Assembly: GCA_944325415.1 (NCBI GenBank)
Contig: CALUZW010000001.1
Span: forward strand, 71,527 to 135,526
Source of the DNA: an uncultured Bacteroidales bacterium
GTDB taxonomy: Bacteria > Bacteroidota > Bacteroidia > Bacteroidales > UBA11471
Length of the DNA stretch: 64,000 nucleotides
Direction of reading: 5' to 3'
How positions within the stretch are numbered: the stretch's first letter is position 1; each line of letters starts with the position of its first letter. The notes under the pieces are model-generated. The model had not been told where the DNA came from. It was given only the letters and a program-made list of their open reading frames with translations, and made no database searches. Of the stretch, positions 44,027 through 53,962 are shown piece by piece. The translations under genes and the position numbers were made by a program.

Positions 44027-45490
44027 TCAGAAGAGACGTCCCGATTTTCGTACCCCCATCTGCACGGCCCAGTTGTTGCCTACAAGCGTTCCCGCATCGG
44101 CAGCCACACTCAGCCCGAATCGCCAGCCCTGCAATGCTTTGGGTGCATAATGGACTTCAAGCAATCCCGAAAAACCTTTTTCTACCTGGATATAGGGGAC
44201 ATAGGGGTTTCCCCAGCCACGTTGCAGCGAAGCCAGGAAACGGTAGTCAAATTCGCGGGTAATGTATCCGTCGATGCCTACGTGCAGAGCCTCTACCCGA
44301 GAGCTCTTGAAGCCTAGGTAGCCGTCGCCGTTGTAGCCCGGCGATAGCACGAGCGGGTTACCTATGGTGTGTCCGCGGTGCACCCAGCCATTATAGACGG
44401 CGTGCCCGTAGTACCAGTCGCCTGCGCTTACCTGTATGGGTATTTGCTGGTTCTGGTCCCAGAGGAAGGGACCACTCTGGTCGCGGGTTTCGAGAAACTC
44501 CACGACTACGCCTCCGACGACAGGATAAGCCTCCTTGCTGCGGTACTCGATGCCCCAAAGACCATCGAACTTATTGCGGAATATCATGCCCGAATGGTCA
44601 TCGAACGGGTGTTCGTGATAGATGCGTCCCTCCCAGCTCTTTTGTCGGGTACCCACGGCAAAAAGGTAGGAGCCGAGGTGGTTGCCCGTTACATTCACTT
44701 GGTCGATGCCCGGAGAGTCTTCACCGCCGGCAAGCGGAACGAATACCTTGAAATACTGCATGATGTTGTTGGGAAAATCACACACCAGCGTATTGTTTCT
44801 GTAAGTCTTTCCTCCAAACTGGGCTGCCATGTCGATACCCACGATACCGTAAAACTTCTTGCTCGTTTTTCCGAAGCGCAGCATCAGGTTCTTGCGGTGG
44901 TAGAGCAGTCCCCGGGTGTAGTTTTGGGAGATACCGCGTGTGCGGTATTGGTATTTGTCGTCGACAAAGCGGCCGTATGCAATTTCGCCCTTGATTTGTA
45001 CCGTACCGTGCGTCCAAGGAACGTTTACAAATTCGGGGATACCCGCGCGCACCTGCGGTATGGGACGACTGTTGCCGCTCCATACCCAGCCGCCGCTGCT
45101 CAATGCCTTATCCCACAGCAGTGAATACTCTTCTTTACTACCCACCATAAGTCCGAGGGCGAGAAAGCGCAATTCGACGTAGGCCTGTTGCACATAGCCC
45201 GGTATGTCGTCGTTGTAGGAGATCATGGCGTCGAGTCCGAAACCGTAGGAGAAGCGGCGTGTGGTGTCGATGTCTTGAATGACCGCAGCACGCAGATAAC
45301 CGGTATTGGGAGTGAACGATACGGTACCGCCCCGGTTGTTCATCAGGTAGAACGGTGTGTATTCGCCGTCTCCGGCTATGATGTTGGCTTCGACACTATA
45401 ATCGAGTTTTATCTTTTGGGCCTGTCCGCAAACAGGTTGAAAGACGAAAGCCAGGAGCAGGGCGAGAAGGAAAGAACGGAACAGTGTCAT
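44027..45490 (-). CDS. wzi: capsule assembly protein Wzi-like outer-membrane beta-barrel
   Basis: About 487 aa from ATG 45490 (MTLFRSFLLALLLAFVFQPVCGQA); the ORF-track start 45532 is GTG. N-terminal EANIIAGDGEYTPFYLMNNRGG, beta-strand-rich body ending ...GVRKSGRLF. Confidence 0.7.
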   Translation of the reverse strand: MTLFRSFLLALLLAFVFQPVCGQAQKIKLDYSVEANIIAGDGEYTPFYLMNNRGGTVSFTPNTGYLRAAVIQDIDTTRRFSYGFGLDAMISYNDDIPGYVQQAYVELRFLALGLMVGSKEEYSLLWDKALSSGGWVWSGNSRPIPQVRAGIPEFVNVPWTHGTVQIKGEIAYGRFVDDKYQYRTRGISQNYTRGLLYHRKNLMLRFGKTSKKFYGIVGIDMAAQFGGKTYRNNTLVCDFPNNIMQYFKVFVPLAGGEDSPGIDQVNVTGNHLGSYLFAVGTRQKSWEGRIYHEHPFDDHSGMIFRNKFDGLWGIEYRSKEAYPVVGGVVVEFLETRDQSGPFLWDQNQQIPIQVSAGDWYYGHAVYNGWVHRGHTIGNPLVLSPGYNGDGYLGFKSSRVEALHVGIDGYITREFDYRFLASLQRGWGNPYVPYIQVEKGFSGLLEVHYAPKALQGWRFGLSVAADAGTLVGNNWAVQMGVRKSGRLF

Positions 45491-45495
45491 GGCGG

Positions 45496-45924
45496 CTAAA
45501 ATTTGTGGAAGTAATAGAGGGTGTCGCGACACGACAAGATGAGGTCGCGACGAGAGACTTCGTCGATACGGAAGTGCTTTTCATTTTTGCCGCCGAAGTG
45601 ATAGGGGGCCTCTTTGAGGTCGAACTGGCTGACCGACGGGAAGGTTATCACCAGCGAGTCGCCGGCTACCGTGTATAGGCCGAAAAGCCGGTTGCTGCTG
45701 TTGCCCACATTGCGCTTTTGCAGCTCAAACACGCCGCGGTCAAAGCAATAGTAAATCGAATCGTTGGCATAGCTCCCGCCCGACGGGTAGTCGCAGTGGC
45801 GCAGTTGCCAGCGGCCGTAAAGTTTGTCTTCTTCGCTCTTTTGGCAGCTCGTCAGCCCTAAAATCAGCAAGAGGGCTCCCAAGATAAAGAGAATGTAGGA
45901 GGTGAGCTGTTTGTCAAATTTCAT
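45496..45924 (-). CDS. lipocalin-like domain lipoprotein
   Basis: Lipobox LILGLTSC, then KLYGRWQLRH... 142 aa. Confidence 0.55.
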   Translation of the reverse strand: MKFDKQLTSYILFILGALLLILGLTSCQKSEEDKLYGRWQLRHCDYPSGGSYANDSIYYCFDRGVFELQKRNVGNSSNRLFGLYTVAGDSLVITFPSVSQFDLKEAPYHFGGKNEKHFRIDEVSRRDLILSCRDTLYYFHKF

Positions 45925-46005
45925 ACTGGTAAAATCTCGTTTATGTGCGTGATGTCAATCCCCAAAGCTGCCCCCTTTCTGATGCAGTCGGGCATGCTTG
46001 TGCGA

Positions 46006-46013
46006 CAAAGGTA
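46006..46013 (-). promoter_or_regulatory. candidate internal -7 box (TACCTTTG on minus strand) ahead of the lipocalin-like/wzi genes
   Basis: Plus-strand caaaggta within the 148-nt gap, 82 nt upstream of ATG 45924. Confidence 0.4.
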
Positions 46014-46072
46014 ATGATTTTTTCGCAGTTGCACACGAACGGGTTCTATTCCTGGCGTTTTGTCAGACTGTT

Positions 46073-46768
46073 TTACAGCCGGTTGGTATATAGCCGGATG
46101 GCAAATCTCAGGTACGGACCTATGCGGGTTATCCGCGCCGGTTGTGCAACAAACCTCCACAGCCATTCGCAGTTGATGCGCTGGAAAAACTTGGGCGCCC
46201 GTTTGAAGTGTCCGGTATAGAGATCGAAGCTTCCGCCCAATCCTTGATATACGGCCCGATGACTTTGCAGTAACTCTTCCATGAGATATTCCTGGCGGGG
46301 AGAACCCATGGCTACAAACACAAAATCGGGTTTCTTTGCGGCTACATCGTTGATTAGGGAAGATTTCTCGTCATCATTTTTCAAGAAACCGTTGTGATAA
46401 CCGACGATGTTGATGCCGGGAAACTCATTCCGCAGTTTCTCGACGGTCTCGGCGATAATTTCGTCGGTTGTTCCTATCAGATAGAACGATGCATTCTGAT
46501 GCGCGGCAATGATTTTCAACCACAATTCGCACCCGGGAATGCGTGTAGCTTTTTCAAATCCTTTCTTTTGAGCAGCCTTTACGGCACCCATACCGTCGCA
46601 GTAACCGATATTATCGTTGATAATCTGCCGCAGACGAGCCGAGGCATTGATGGTCTTTTCGGCATTTACGGCAATCAGTATTCCTTTGTGCTTATCGGCA
46701 TAGTCCATAATCTCCCCTTCGGAACCGAACGGGAAGACAGCTATTCCGTTGAGCCAGAATTTTTCCAT
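46073..46768 (-). CDS. WecB/TagA/CpsF-family glycosyltransferase (GT26)
   Basis: 231 aa. ...ILIAVNAEKTINA...GYCDGMGAVKAA...RIPGCELW...VFVAMGSPRQEYLM... matches my recollection of the GT26 layout. Confidence 0.72.
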   Translation of the reverse strand: MEKFWLNGIAVFPFGSEGEIMDYADKHKGILIAVNAEKTINASARLRQIINDNIGYCDGMGAVKAAQKKGFEKATRIPGCELWLKIIAAHQNASFYLIGTTDEIIAETVEKLRNEFPGINIVGYHNGFLKNDDEKSSLINDVAAKKPDFVFVAMGSPRQEYLMEELLQSHRAVYQGLGGSFDLYTGHFKRAPKFFQRINCEWLWRFVAQPARITRIGPYLRFAIRLYTNRL

Positions 46769-46914
46769 TATGAGTGTGTTTGTGTCGTTTATGGTTAAGG
46801 TTTACGCTGAAACAAGACAAGTGCAAACGTCGCTCTTCTGTCGTGTGCCGGTTGTTTTTCTTGATGAAACCTTTATGCCCGGCACCTCGGGAGACAACTG
46901 TTTCTATGCTACAC

Positions 46915-46922
46915 CAAAGGTA
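46915..46922 (-). promoter_or_regulatory. candidate internal -7 box (TACCTTTG on minus strand) ahead of the GT26 gene
   Basis: Plus-strand caaaggta in the 285-nt gap between the GT4 gene stop (47054) and the GT26 gene start (46768). Confidence 0.4.
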
Positions 46923-47053
46923 ACAAATATGTTTTGCACGTGCAATAGTTCCCGTTGAAAAGAGCAACACAACAGACGATGCTTCCCCGAGAACAGAAAG
47001 GGTAGTTCCTGTATTCAGTCAGATCTGTATTGTGTTACCCGGCCGAAGTGGGA

Positions 47054-48106
47054 TTACAGATACCGATTGTATACCTCCATCAGTTCTTGCTCGATATGCT
47101 GCGGAAAGTATTTCTTGCTGTTCTCTTCGGCTTTGCGCGACATGGTGGCCCGGGCCTCAGGGTTGTCGAGGAACCATTGAATTGCAGAGGCAATGCCGTC
47201 TATATCGCCGGCGTTGATGAGTTTTCCTGTCTCTCCATCGGCGATGATTTCGGGAATAGAGCCGACGCGTGTTGCCAATGTGGGCATTCCATACGACATG
47301 GCTTCGAGAATCGATATGGGCATACCTTCGAAGTAGGAGGGGAGTACATATATATCGCCAAGGGTGAACAGACGGCACTTCTCTGTGCCCGAGACAAAAC
47401 CATGGTATTCGAGCATATCGGCGATGCCCCACCGTTCGGTCTCTTGTGCAAAGGCCTGCATATCTCCCAGCCCTCCGATATGTAGCTTTACCTTTCCGGC
47501 GAAGAGCTCTTTGTGTCGTCCCAAGGCTTGCAACAGGTCGTAGAAGCCTTTTTTCGGGGTGAGATTTCCCAAAAAGACCAGATGCAGAAGATTATCGTTT
47601 TTTTTCTCTTCGGTTTTCTGAGGCGGTAGAATGATGTTATCAACAATATCGATGTGTGAACAACCCAGGTTGCGATAGAATGTTTCCCAGGAAGGACTCA
47701 GTACGATGATGGAGTCGCACTTGTGCAGTGTGCGCTTGATAAAGTGGGGGCATTTATGTATGAAGTGAACAAAATGTCCGCTGTGCATATGGCATAGTAC
47801 CGTTACATGAAAGAGCCGGCAGATATTGATGTAGAGGCTTTTCCTATAAAATGATTTACCGCTTGCACTGTGGAGATGTACGATTTTTATTTCCTTCTGC
47901 CTTATGAGTTTTATGAGTTTCAGTGCGGCGGAAAGGCCCGTGAGTTGGCGATACAGGAATCCCTTATTAGTGTTCGTGGTTGGAATAAACCGGAATGTCT
48001 CAAATATCTGGGAATATGAGTTCAGTACTTGCGCAATTCCTCCTTTGGGGGCGTGGTAGTCGACACCCATTGTAAGAATGTGTTTGGCAATAGAATCGGG
48101 TATCAT
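47054..48106 (-). CDS. glycosyltransferase family 4 (GT-B, EX7E)
   Basis: EGMPISILEAMSYGMPTLATRVGSIPEII. 350 aa. Confidence 0.85.
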   Translation of the reverse strand: MIPDSIAKHILTMGVDYHAPKGGIAQVLNSYSQIFETFRFIPTTNTNKGFLYRQLTGLSAALKLIKLIRQKEIKIVHLHSASGKSFYRKSLYINICRLFHVTVLCHMHSGHFVHFIHKCPHFIKRTLHKCDSIIVLSPSWETFYRNLGCSHIDIVDNIILPPQKTEEKKNDNLLHLVFLGNLTPKKGFYDLLQALGRHKELFAGKVKLHIGGLGDMQAFAQETERWGIADMLEYHGFVSGTEKCRLFTLGDIYVLPSYFEGMPISILEAMSYGMPTLATRVGSIPEIIADGETGKLINAGDIDGIASAIQWFLDNPEARATMSRKAEENSKKYFPQHIEQELMEVYNRYL

Positions 48107-48130
48107 GGCAGGTAAGGTTATATGGTGTAT

Positions 48131-49171
48131 TCAAGTATTCTGGTAGGCATTGATGTAGTTATGGGCGGTGGTTGAGATGTCAAAGTTCTGTATGACGAAA
48201 TCCCGGGCCGAAGAGGTTTTCTGGACATACTCGGGATAGTGTAGTATTATGTCGGCCATTTTCTCGGCACAACTGTCGGCATTTCCCGATTCGAACGCCG
48301 TTCCGTATTTCCCGTTGTCAATAATCTCCATGGGTCCTTTGATGTCGGATATCAGTACCGGCACTCCGGCACACATGGCCTCGGCGATAGTCAGTCCGAA
48401 ACCCTCTTGCCGAGATGCCTGCACCAGCAACTGATATTGGTGCAGGTGCTGATATATGAATGATCGGCTGCGTGCGCCCAAAAATGTTACATGGTCTTGA
48501 ATATCCAACTCTTTGGCCAGACGTTTTAGCATCTCCGTATCGGGGCCGTGGCCGATAAAGTCGAGCGAAAGACCCGTCACTTTCTCCCGGTGCACAAGAA
48601 GGTGTAGTGCCTTCAATAGGATGTCCTGACCCTTTTGTTGCACAAGCTGTCGGCCAATCTGTACGATGCGGAATGTTGTGTAAGGGGCAGGCTGCGGTTC
48701 ATATACAATGTCGGGGGTCGAAATACCGTTGTAAATTACGGGCGATGCGATACCGTAGCGGTCGTGTATATCTTGCGCTACAAATTTTGATATGGAGAAT
48801 ATCTTGTCAAACCGGTTGTATTGCAGTATGTTTATGCCGTTGGTATGGGCCGTAAAGAAGTAGTGGGTGTTTTTCCGCCTGAAAAGAACCGGAATGATGT
48901 GGTGATTATGTACATGCACTACATCGGGATTCAATTGGCTGATGACTCTGTTGAGCCGGATAAAGGGCAAGGGATTTTTAGAGCCTAAATTGCGCCCGAT
49001 GATATAGGTCTTTATTCTCGGGCTGATGGTTTGCAGAAGTTGCGGGTCGTTTTCTTTGTTGATGATGATGAGATATACCTCTTCACTCACGGACTGATGG
49101 TTCATAATGTCGATGACCATTGTTTCCGAGCCTCCTATGCGAAGGTTGTAGAATAGATGTGCTATCTTCAT
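48131..49171 (-). CDS. glycosyltransferase family 4 (GT-B, EX7E)
   Basis: EGFGLTIAEAMCAGVPVLISDIKGPMEII. 346 aa. Its ATG overlaps the upstream stop as ATGA (49168-49171). Confidence 0.85.
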   Translation of the reverse strand: MKIAHLFYNLRIGGSETMVIDIMNHQSVSEEVYLIIINKENDPQLLQTISPRIKTYIIGRNLGSKNPLPFIRLNRVISQLNPDVVHVHNHHIIPVLFRRKNTHYFFTAHTNGINILQYNRFDKIFSISKFVAQDIHDRYGIASPVIYNGISTPDIVYEPQPAPYTTFRIVQIGRQLVQQKGQDILLKALHLLVHREKVTGLSLDFIGHGPDTEMLKRLAKELDIQDHVTFLGARSRSFIYQHLHQYQLLVQASRQEGFGLTIAEAMCAGVPVLISDIKGPMEIIDNGKYGTAFESGNADSCAEKMADIILHYPEYVQKTSSARDFVIQNFDISTTAHNYINAYQNT

Positions 49172-50613
49172 AATGAATTGCTTGTCGGGTTTGTCTCTGC
49201 TGTTTCCGATTTGGCGGCCAGTAAGATGGTTCCGGTCGTGAGTCCCAGCAGTAAAAGACCATGATGAGAGATGAGTCCGGCAAAACCTCCTATCCCGAAG
49301 AATGAGATGCAGACGAGTACAATGAGATAGGATTTACTGTATGGTAGAGGTCGGAGTACCCAAAAGTAGATGGCCAGGTAGTAAAGCGTCTGTATCAGCA
49401 GTCCGATGAGTCCGGCATCGAGAATAGTCTGTATCTGTGTGACTTCGACCCGCGCTACCGACTCTTCGCTTTTGGTAATATCGGAGTAGAGTTCGTTGGT
49501 GATGACGAAATTATTATTTGTGGTGAGCTCCTCGTGGAGGAAGCCGAAACCCGTGTATTGCTTTCCCGAAGAGAGCATATAGTCAATCTTGGGTAATATC
49601 TGTGCCATACGGCCTGTACCGAACTTGATGAGCAATTCCGGGTCGTCGGGATTTTTCAGCACCTCAAACTGTTCAACCAGCTGTGCTATGCGTAACTGGC
49701 CACCGATGACCTTGTCGACTTGATATCCTGCAATGAAGAGAATTATGCCCAAGCCTATATACTTCAATGTCTTTATGGCATTTCCGGTGAAGAGGAGCGG
49801 CGTGAGCACCAGCCCTCCGATAATGGAGAATGTACGGCACGAAAGAAGTGCCAGCAGGAATATAACGAGATGTTTAAGCCGAATGGAATAAAGTTTTAGC
49901 AGCGGGAAGATGCAAAGTGCCAGCAGATACAGTCCCGGTGGATATTTTCTCGGGAAACTGCCGGGGTAACAATAGAATTTGTAGTAGGTCGAGTAATAGC
50001 CCGAGTAGGCAAATGTGCTGGGTACCAGTATGTTGCCGCCGAAGATGAGTCCGTCGATGATGTAAAAGCCGCAGATAATGCAGGCATAGGTGAGTATTTT
50101 GCGATAGAATACCTTGATGTCGAACTCTTCGCGCGAGAAAATCAGCAGCGGAAACATGAAGTATATGATACCCCAATATTCGCGCATGCGGCGTATCTGT
50201 ATGAAAATTGATTCGCTGCTGGTGAGGGCTAAGGCAAACAGCAGGGCAAAATAGCCGGCGGTGAAGAGCAGTAGTTTGTTCAGTGTCTTGTCGCGGCGGT
50301 AGATGGCAACGGTGATGACCGACAGCAGGAGGGCTATGTCCATCCACTTGAACGGGAAGGCATCGTTCTCGGAAAAGAAGCCGTACGAACCGCAGAGTAT
50401 GGTGAACTGTATGAGGAAGTCGTAGCGGTTGCGCAGGAAGGTTGAGAAAAGTATGACGGGCAGCAACAGGTAGGCTACCGGAAATTCCAGACCCAGCAGG
50501 CTGAGGGTTATCAGGAAAATGAATGCCGAGAATATCTCCTGAGGAAAGAGGTTTAGTGCTTCTTTCTCTGAGTGGTCATTCCTTACAGTGGGTGTGTATA
50601 TGTCGGTAGTCAT
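49168..50613 (-). CDS. polytopic membrane protein, O-antigen/EPS polymerase (Wzy)-like
   Basis: 481 aa with many hydrophobic helices and one larger loop. It sits between wzc and the glycosyltransferase genes. No sequence motif is diagnostic on its own. Confidence 0.6.
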   Translation of the reverse strand: MTTDIYTPTVRNDHSEKEALNLFPQEIFSAFIFLITLSLLGLEFPVAYLLLPVILFSTFLRNRYDFLIQFTILCGSYGFFSENDAFPFKWMDIALLLSVITVAIYRRDKTLNKLLLFTAGYFALLFALALTSSESIFIQIRRMREYWGIIYFMFPLLIFSREEFDIKVFYRKILTYACIICGFYIIDGLIFGGNILVPSTFAYSGYYSTYYKFYCYPGSFPRKYPPGLYLLALCIFPLLKLYSIRLKHLVIFLLALLSCRTFSIIGGLVLTPLLFTGNAIKTLKYIGLGIILFIAGYQVDKVIGGQLRIAQLVEQFEVLKNPDDPELLIKFGTGRMAQILPKIDYMLSSGKQYTGFGFLHEELTTNNNFVITNELYSDITKSEESVARVEVTQIQTILDAGLIGLLIQTLYYLAIYFWVLRPLPYSKSYLIVLVCISFFGIGGFAGLISHHGLLLLGLTTGTILLAAKSETAETNPTSNSL

Positions 50614-50783
50614 TCCTGCTTTTTACTCCTTTATGGGGCGGCGTAGCGATTCTGTTTCTTCTCTTGTTACACTTTCTCTCCCCGTTGCTGTCTGGGCGTT
50701 CACTTATATGGGCATGCCCTCGGTGGGAAAGGCGCATGCAGGGCCCTGTTCGGGGTAACCCTGCACACTCCCTTATCGTCGAT

Positions 50784-53102
50784 TTATTCTTTGCCCTTTC
50801 TTCCGTAACCGTATCCTTGTTGGGCTTCGGTACCGTTGAGAATGAGAGAGATTCTTCCCAATCGTTTCTCGGCTGCGATGCGGTTGGCGTAACGTATGTA
50901 CTCTTTCTTGGTGTAATTGGCCCGGCACACATATACGGTAGTGTCGGCAATGCGAGCGAGGCTGAATGTGTCGGCCACCATACTTACGGGAGCCGAGTCG
51001 ATGATGATGTAGTCATATCGTTCGCGGAGCAGTTCAAAGAGTTTGTCAACCCGTTCGCTCAGCAACAGCTCCGAGGGGTTGGGCGGTATCGGTCCCGAAA
51101 GGATAACATCCAACCCATTCTGTATTACATTGTGAAGAATGATGTCGTCGACCGATGTATGGGTATCGACCAGGTAGTTGGTCAGACCTTTCGGGCTGTG
51201 CAGGTTGAGGTTGTGTCCCAGTTGCGGGTTGCGGATATCCATGCCGATGAGCAGCACCCGTTTCCCAAGAAGTGCCATCGAGATAGCCAGATTGCAACTG
51301 ATAAACGATTTTCCTTCTCCGCTCACACTCGAAGTAACGAGAATGACCTTCTCGCTCTCTTTGTTGAGTATGAATTGTATGTTGTTGCGTATCAGTCTGA
51401 AAAGCTCGGCAATGGAGCTGTTTTCGCCTTCGCGTATGACAATATGGTCTTTGCTGTGCTTGTGGGTGCATATCTCTCCGAGAAGGGGCAGCGACGTAAG
51501 TGCTTCAAGCTCGTTTCTTGTTGAGAATTTGGTGCGCAGCAGGTCTTTGAGGTAGAGGTAGATGATGGGGAGTATGCCGCCAATCAGGAGGCCTATGAAG
51601 AGGGTGATGATTTTGGGCGTGCTGATAGGCTCGCTCATGTGGTAGGCCTCGTTCACGATGGTACTTTTCGGGGTAGCCATTGATTGGTTGAGAGCGTTCT
51701 CTTCCCGTTTTTGCAGCAAGAAGAGGAACAGTTCCTGCTTGATGAGTTGCTGACGCTGCATGTCGATGTATTCCCGCTCCTGCGTGGGCATGTTTTTTAT
51801 GCGTTGGCCGAACTTGTCTTCTTGTGCCAGCAGGGTTTCCTGAGAGATGGTCAGGCTCTCTTTGATGCCTTCGAGGGTACTCAGCACGTTTTCGCGGGTA
51901 GCGTCGATTTGCTCGTTGAGAATAGCCAGCGACTTGTTGTCGCCTTTGGCCGAGAAGGCGATTTCCATGCGTTTAAGCACCAGCTCGTTGTATTGTTGTA
52001 TAGCGGCTGCCGACGATTTGTCCGACAGGCTGGGGTTGAAGGGTATGAGCGAGTAGCGGTTCTTTTTTTGCCGCAGGAAATCTTCGATAATCTCCACCAT
52101 CTGGTTTTGGGCTTCGATTTCGATTTGTTTCTCTTTCAGTGCGGTATTTTGTTCCAAGATGATTTTTGCCTCGGTTTCGATGTCGGTGAGGCTGTTTTTC
52201 TTCTTGTACTCTTCAATCTGTTTTTCGGTCTGTGTCAGTTCCTGCATGACAAGTTCCACCCGTTCGTCGATGAACTGGGCTTTGAGGTCGGCCTCTTTGT
52301 TTTTCTCGTCGATGCCCCGCTCGTTGTATATTCTGATGATGGTGTTGAGCAGGTCTTTACCCCGGTCTATGTCGCTTTCGTGTGTTTCGAGATGTACCAG
52401 GTTGGAACGGCGCTCGGGTATGGAAATAAAGGTGTTGGTGTTTATGTCTTCGGCGGCCTTGTCATATCCGCAGATGGATATGTCGGTGGCCAGTTTCTCT
52501 CCCGGAGTGTAGAAGGGGGTGGCGTTGAGTATGAAGTTGCCGTACAGCGTGGACACCATGATGGGGAAGCGATCGCTTTCTATTTTCTCCTGGCCTTCAA
52601 TCGGTTTGTTGGGTTTGACAACGATGTGTCCGTTCTTGTTGATGCGTACCTTGAACCGAAGCGTGCTGCTCAGAGTATCTTCTACCGACGGAGAGGCATA
52701 GACTTCTATGGGGTATTCCTTGTAGAGGTCTTCTTTCTCCAACAGGCCGTGCTTGACGATGTGTTGTTTGTTCAGGCTCAACTCTTGGGCGACCCTCCGC
52801 AGGGTGGAGTGGGCCGATACGAGATTTATTTCGTCGTCGACTTTTCCGCCACCTCCCACGAGGTTGCCGAATGAGAAACTTTTCAGCATGGCGCTTTGCA
52901 TGCTTTCGCCGCCACTTTCGGAACTGATGAGTATGTCGGCTTTTACCAGAAAAATGTCTTTCTTTGTCTTGGTATAAAGATAGGTTATCGCGCCACATAC
53001 GACAACCGAAATGACAAACAGATACCAGTTTTTGAGATATTTCTTGATGAGACCCGAGAAATCGATGTCTATCAATGCGCTGTTTTTATTGAAGTTTTCC
53101 AT
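50784..53102 (-). CDS. wzc: polysaccharide co-polymerase / tyrosine autokinase (Wzc, PCP-2a type)
   Basis: Two TM segments flank a long coiled periplasmic region. Walker A VTSSVSGEGKSFIS, then RVLLIGMDIRNP and YDYIIIDSAPV. Short Tyr-containing tail QQGYGYGRKGKE. Confidence 0.88.
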   Translation of the reverse strand: MENFNKNSALIDIDFSGLIKKYLKNWYLFVISVVVCGAITYLYTKTKKDIFLVKADILISSESGGESMQSAMLKSFSFGNLVGGGGKVDDEINLVSAHSTLRRVAQELSLNKQHIVKHGLLEKEDLYKEYPIEVYASPSVEDTLSSTLRFKVRINKNGHIVVKPNKPIEGQEKIESDRFPIMVSTLYGNFILNATPFYTPGEKLATDISICGYDKAAEDINTNTFISIPERRSNLVHLETHESDIDRGKDLLNTIIRIYNERGIDEKNKEADLKAQFIDERVELVMQELTQTEKQIEEYKKKNSLTDIETEAKIILEQNTALKEKQIEIEAQNQMVEIIEDFLRQKKNRYSLIPFNPSLSDKSSAAAIQQYNELVLKRMEIAFSAKGDNKSLAILNEQIDATRENVLSTLEGIKESLTISQETLLAQEDKFGQRIKNMPTQEREYIDMQRQQLIKQELFLFLLQKREENALNQSMATPKSTIVNEAYHMSEPISTPKIITLFIGLLIGGILPIIYLYLKDLLRTKFSTRNELEALTSLPLLGEICTHKHSKDHIVIREGENSSIAELFRLIRNNIQFILNKESEKVILVTSSVSGEGKSFISCNLAISMALLGKRVLLIGMDIRNPQLGHNLNLHSPKGLTNYLVDTHTSVDDIILHNVIQNGLDVILSGPIPPNPSELLLSERVDKLFELLRERYDYIIIDSAPVSMVADTFSLARIADTTVYVCRANYTKKEYIRYANRIAAEKRLGRISLILNGTEAQQGYGYGRKGKE

Positions 53103-53126
53103 ATAAATCGTGATATGGGTCTTTTT

Positions 53127-53930
53127 TTAATTGACAAATAATGCGATGATGAGCGATGCGATAACAGATACTCCGCTGATGATGGTCGATATCATGGAGA
53201 CGTTGAACTGTTTGTTGCTGTTGTAGCTCGAATTGGATTTGCGGTATTCGTTTGGCTCGACATATACGACATCGCCCTTTTGCAGGTAAAAACCCGGCGA
53301 AGAGAATACGTCGGGGCTGGTGAGATCGACCCGTATGCTCACGAGTTTTCCGTCGGCGGCTTCTCGGGTGATGAGTATGTTGTCGCGGCGGCCGTATATG
53401 GTCAGGTCTTTGGCGTAGCCAAGGGCTTCGAGCAAAGAGAGGCGTTCGTTGGGAATTTCATAAGTGCCGGGTGCGGTAACTTCGCCCAGGACAGTGATAT
53501 TGTTGGTGAGAAGTTGTACTTTGACGATGGGGTCGGCCACATAAGGTTCCAGCTCTTTTTTGATGTATTGTTCCAGTTGTGAACGTGTGAGCCCGGCAAC
53601 CTTGATGCGTCCCAACGAGGGGAAGTCGATACAACCGTCGGGATCGACAAGGTAGTTTTGCAGTGTGGGGTTCGACGTCAGCAATGTTTCTCCCGGTTTG
53701 AGTGTGTTGGTGACCGGAGGATTGTATGCAACAACAGCTTCGGGATTGGTTGCCGATACGGTGATGAGCAGGGCATCATTGGTGTTGATGGTGGTAACAT
53801 ACTTTTCGGCCAGAGAAAGTGTGTCGCCCGATGCCAAACCCTGTACATAGGTAATGTCTTTGTACGATTTGCATGAATGAAATACGGCAACTGAGAGAAT
53901 CAGCAGCGCGAATAAGAGTTTCTTCTCCAT
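53127..53930 (-). CDS. wza: polysaccharide export outer-membrane protein (Wza-like, Poly_export plus SLBB)
   Basis: Lipoprotein-like signal ...VAVFHSC. TINTNDALLITVSATNPEA, RIKVAGLTRSQLEQYIKKEL, C-terminal TM helix. Confidence 0.85.
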   Translation of the reverse strand: MEKKLLFALLILSVAVFHSCKSYKDITYVQGLASGDTLSLAEKYVTTINTNDALLITVSATNPEAVVAYNPPVTNTLKPGETLLTSNPTLQNYLVDPDGCIDFPSLGRIKVAGLTRSQLEQYIKKELEPYVADPIVKVQLLTNNITVLGEVTAPGTYEIPNERLSLLEALGYAKDLTIYGRRDNILITREAADGKLVSIRVDLTSPDVFSSPGFYLQKGDVVYVEPNEYRKSNSSYNSNKQFNVSMISTIISGVSVIASLIIALFVN

Positions 53931-53962
53931 GAAGCAATAGCGTTTTTACTGTATTTGAAATG

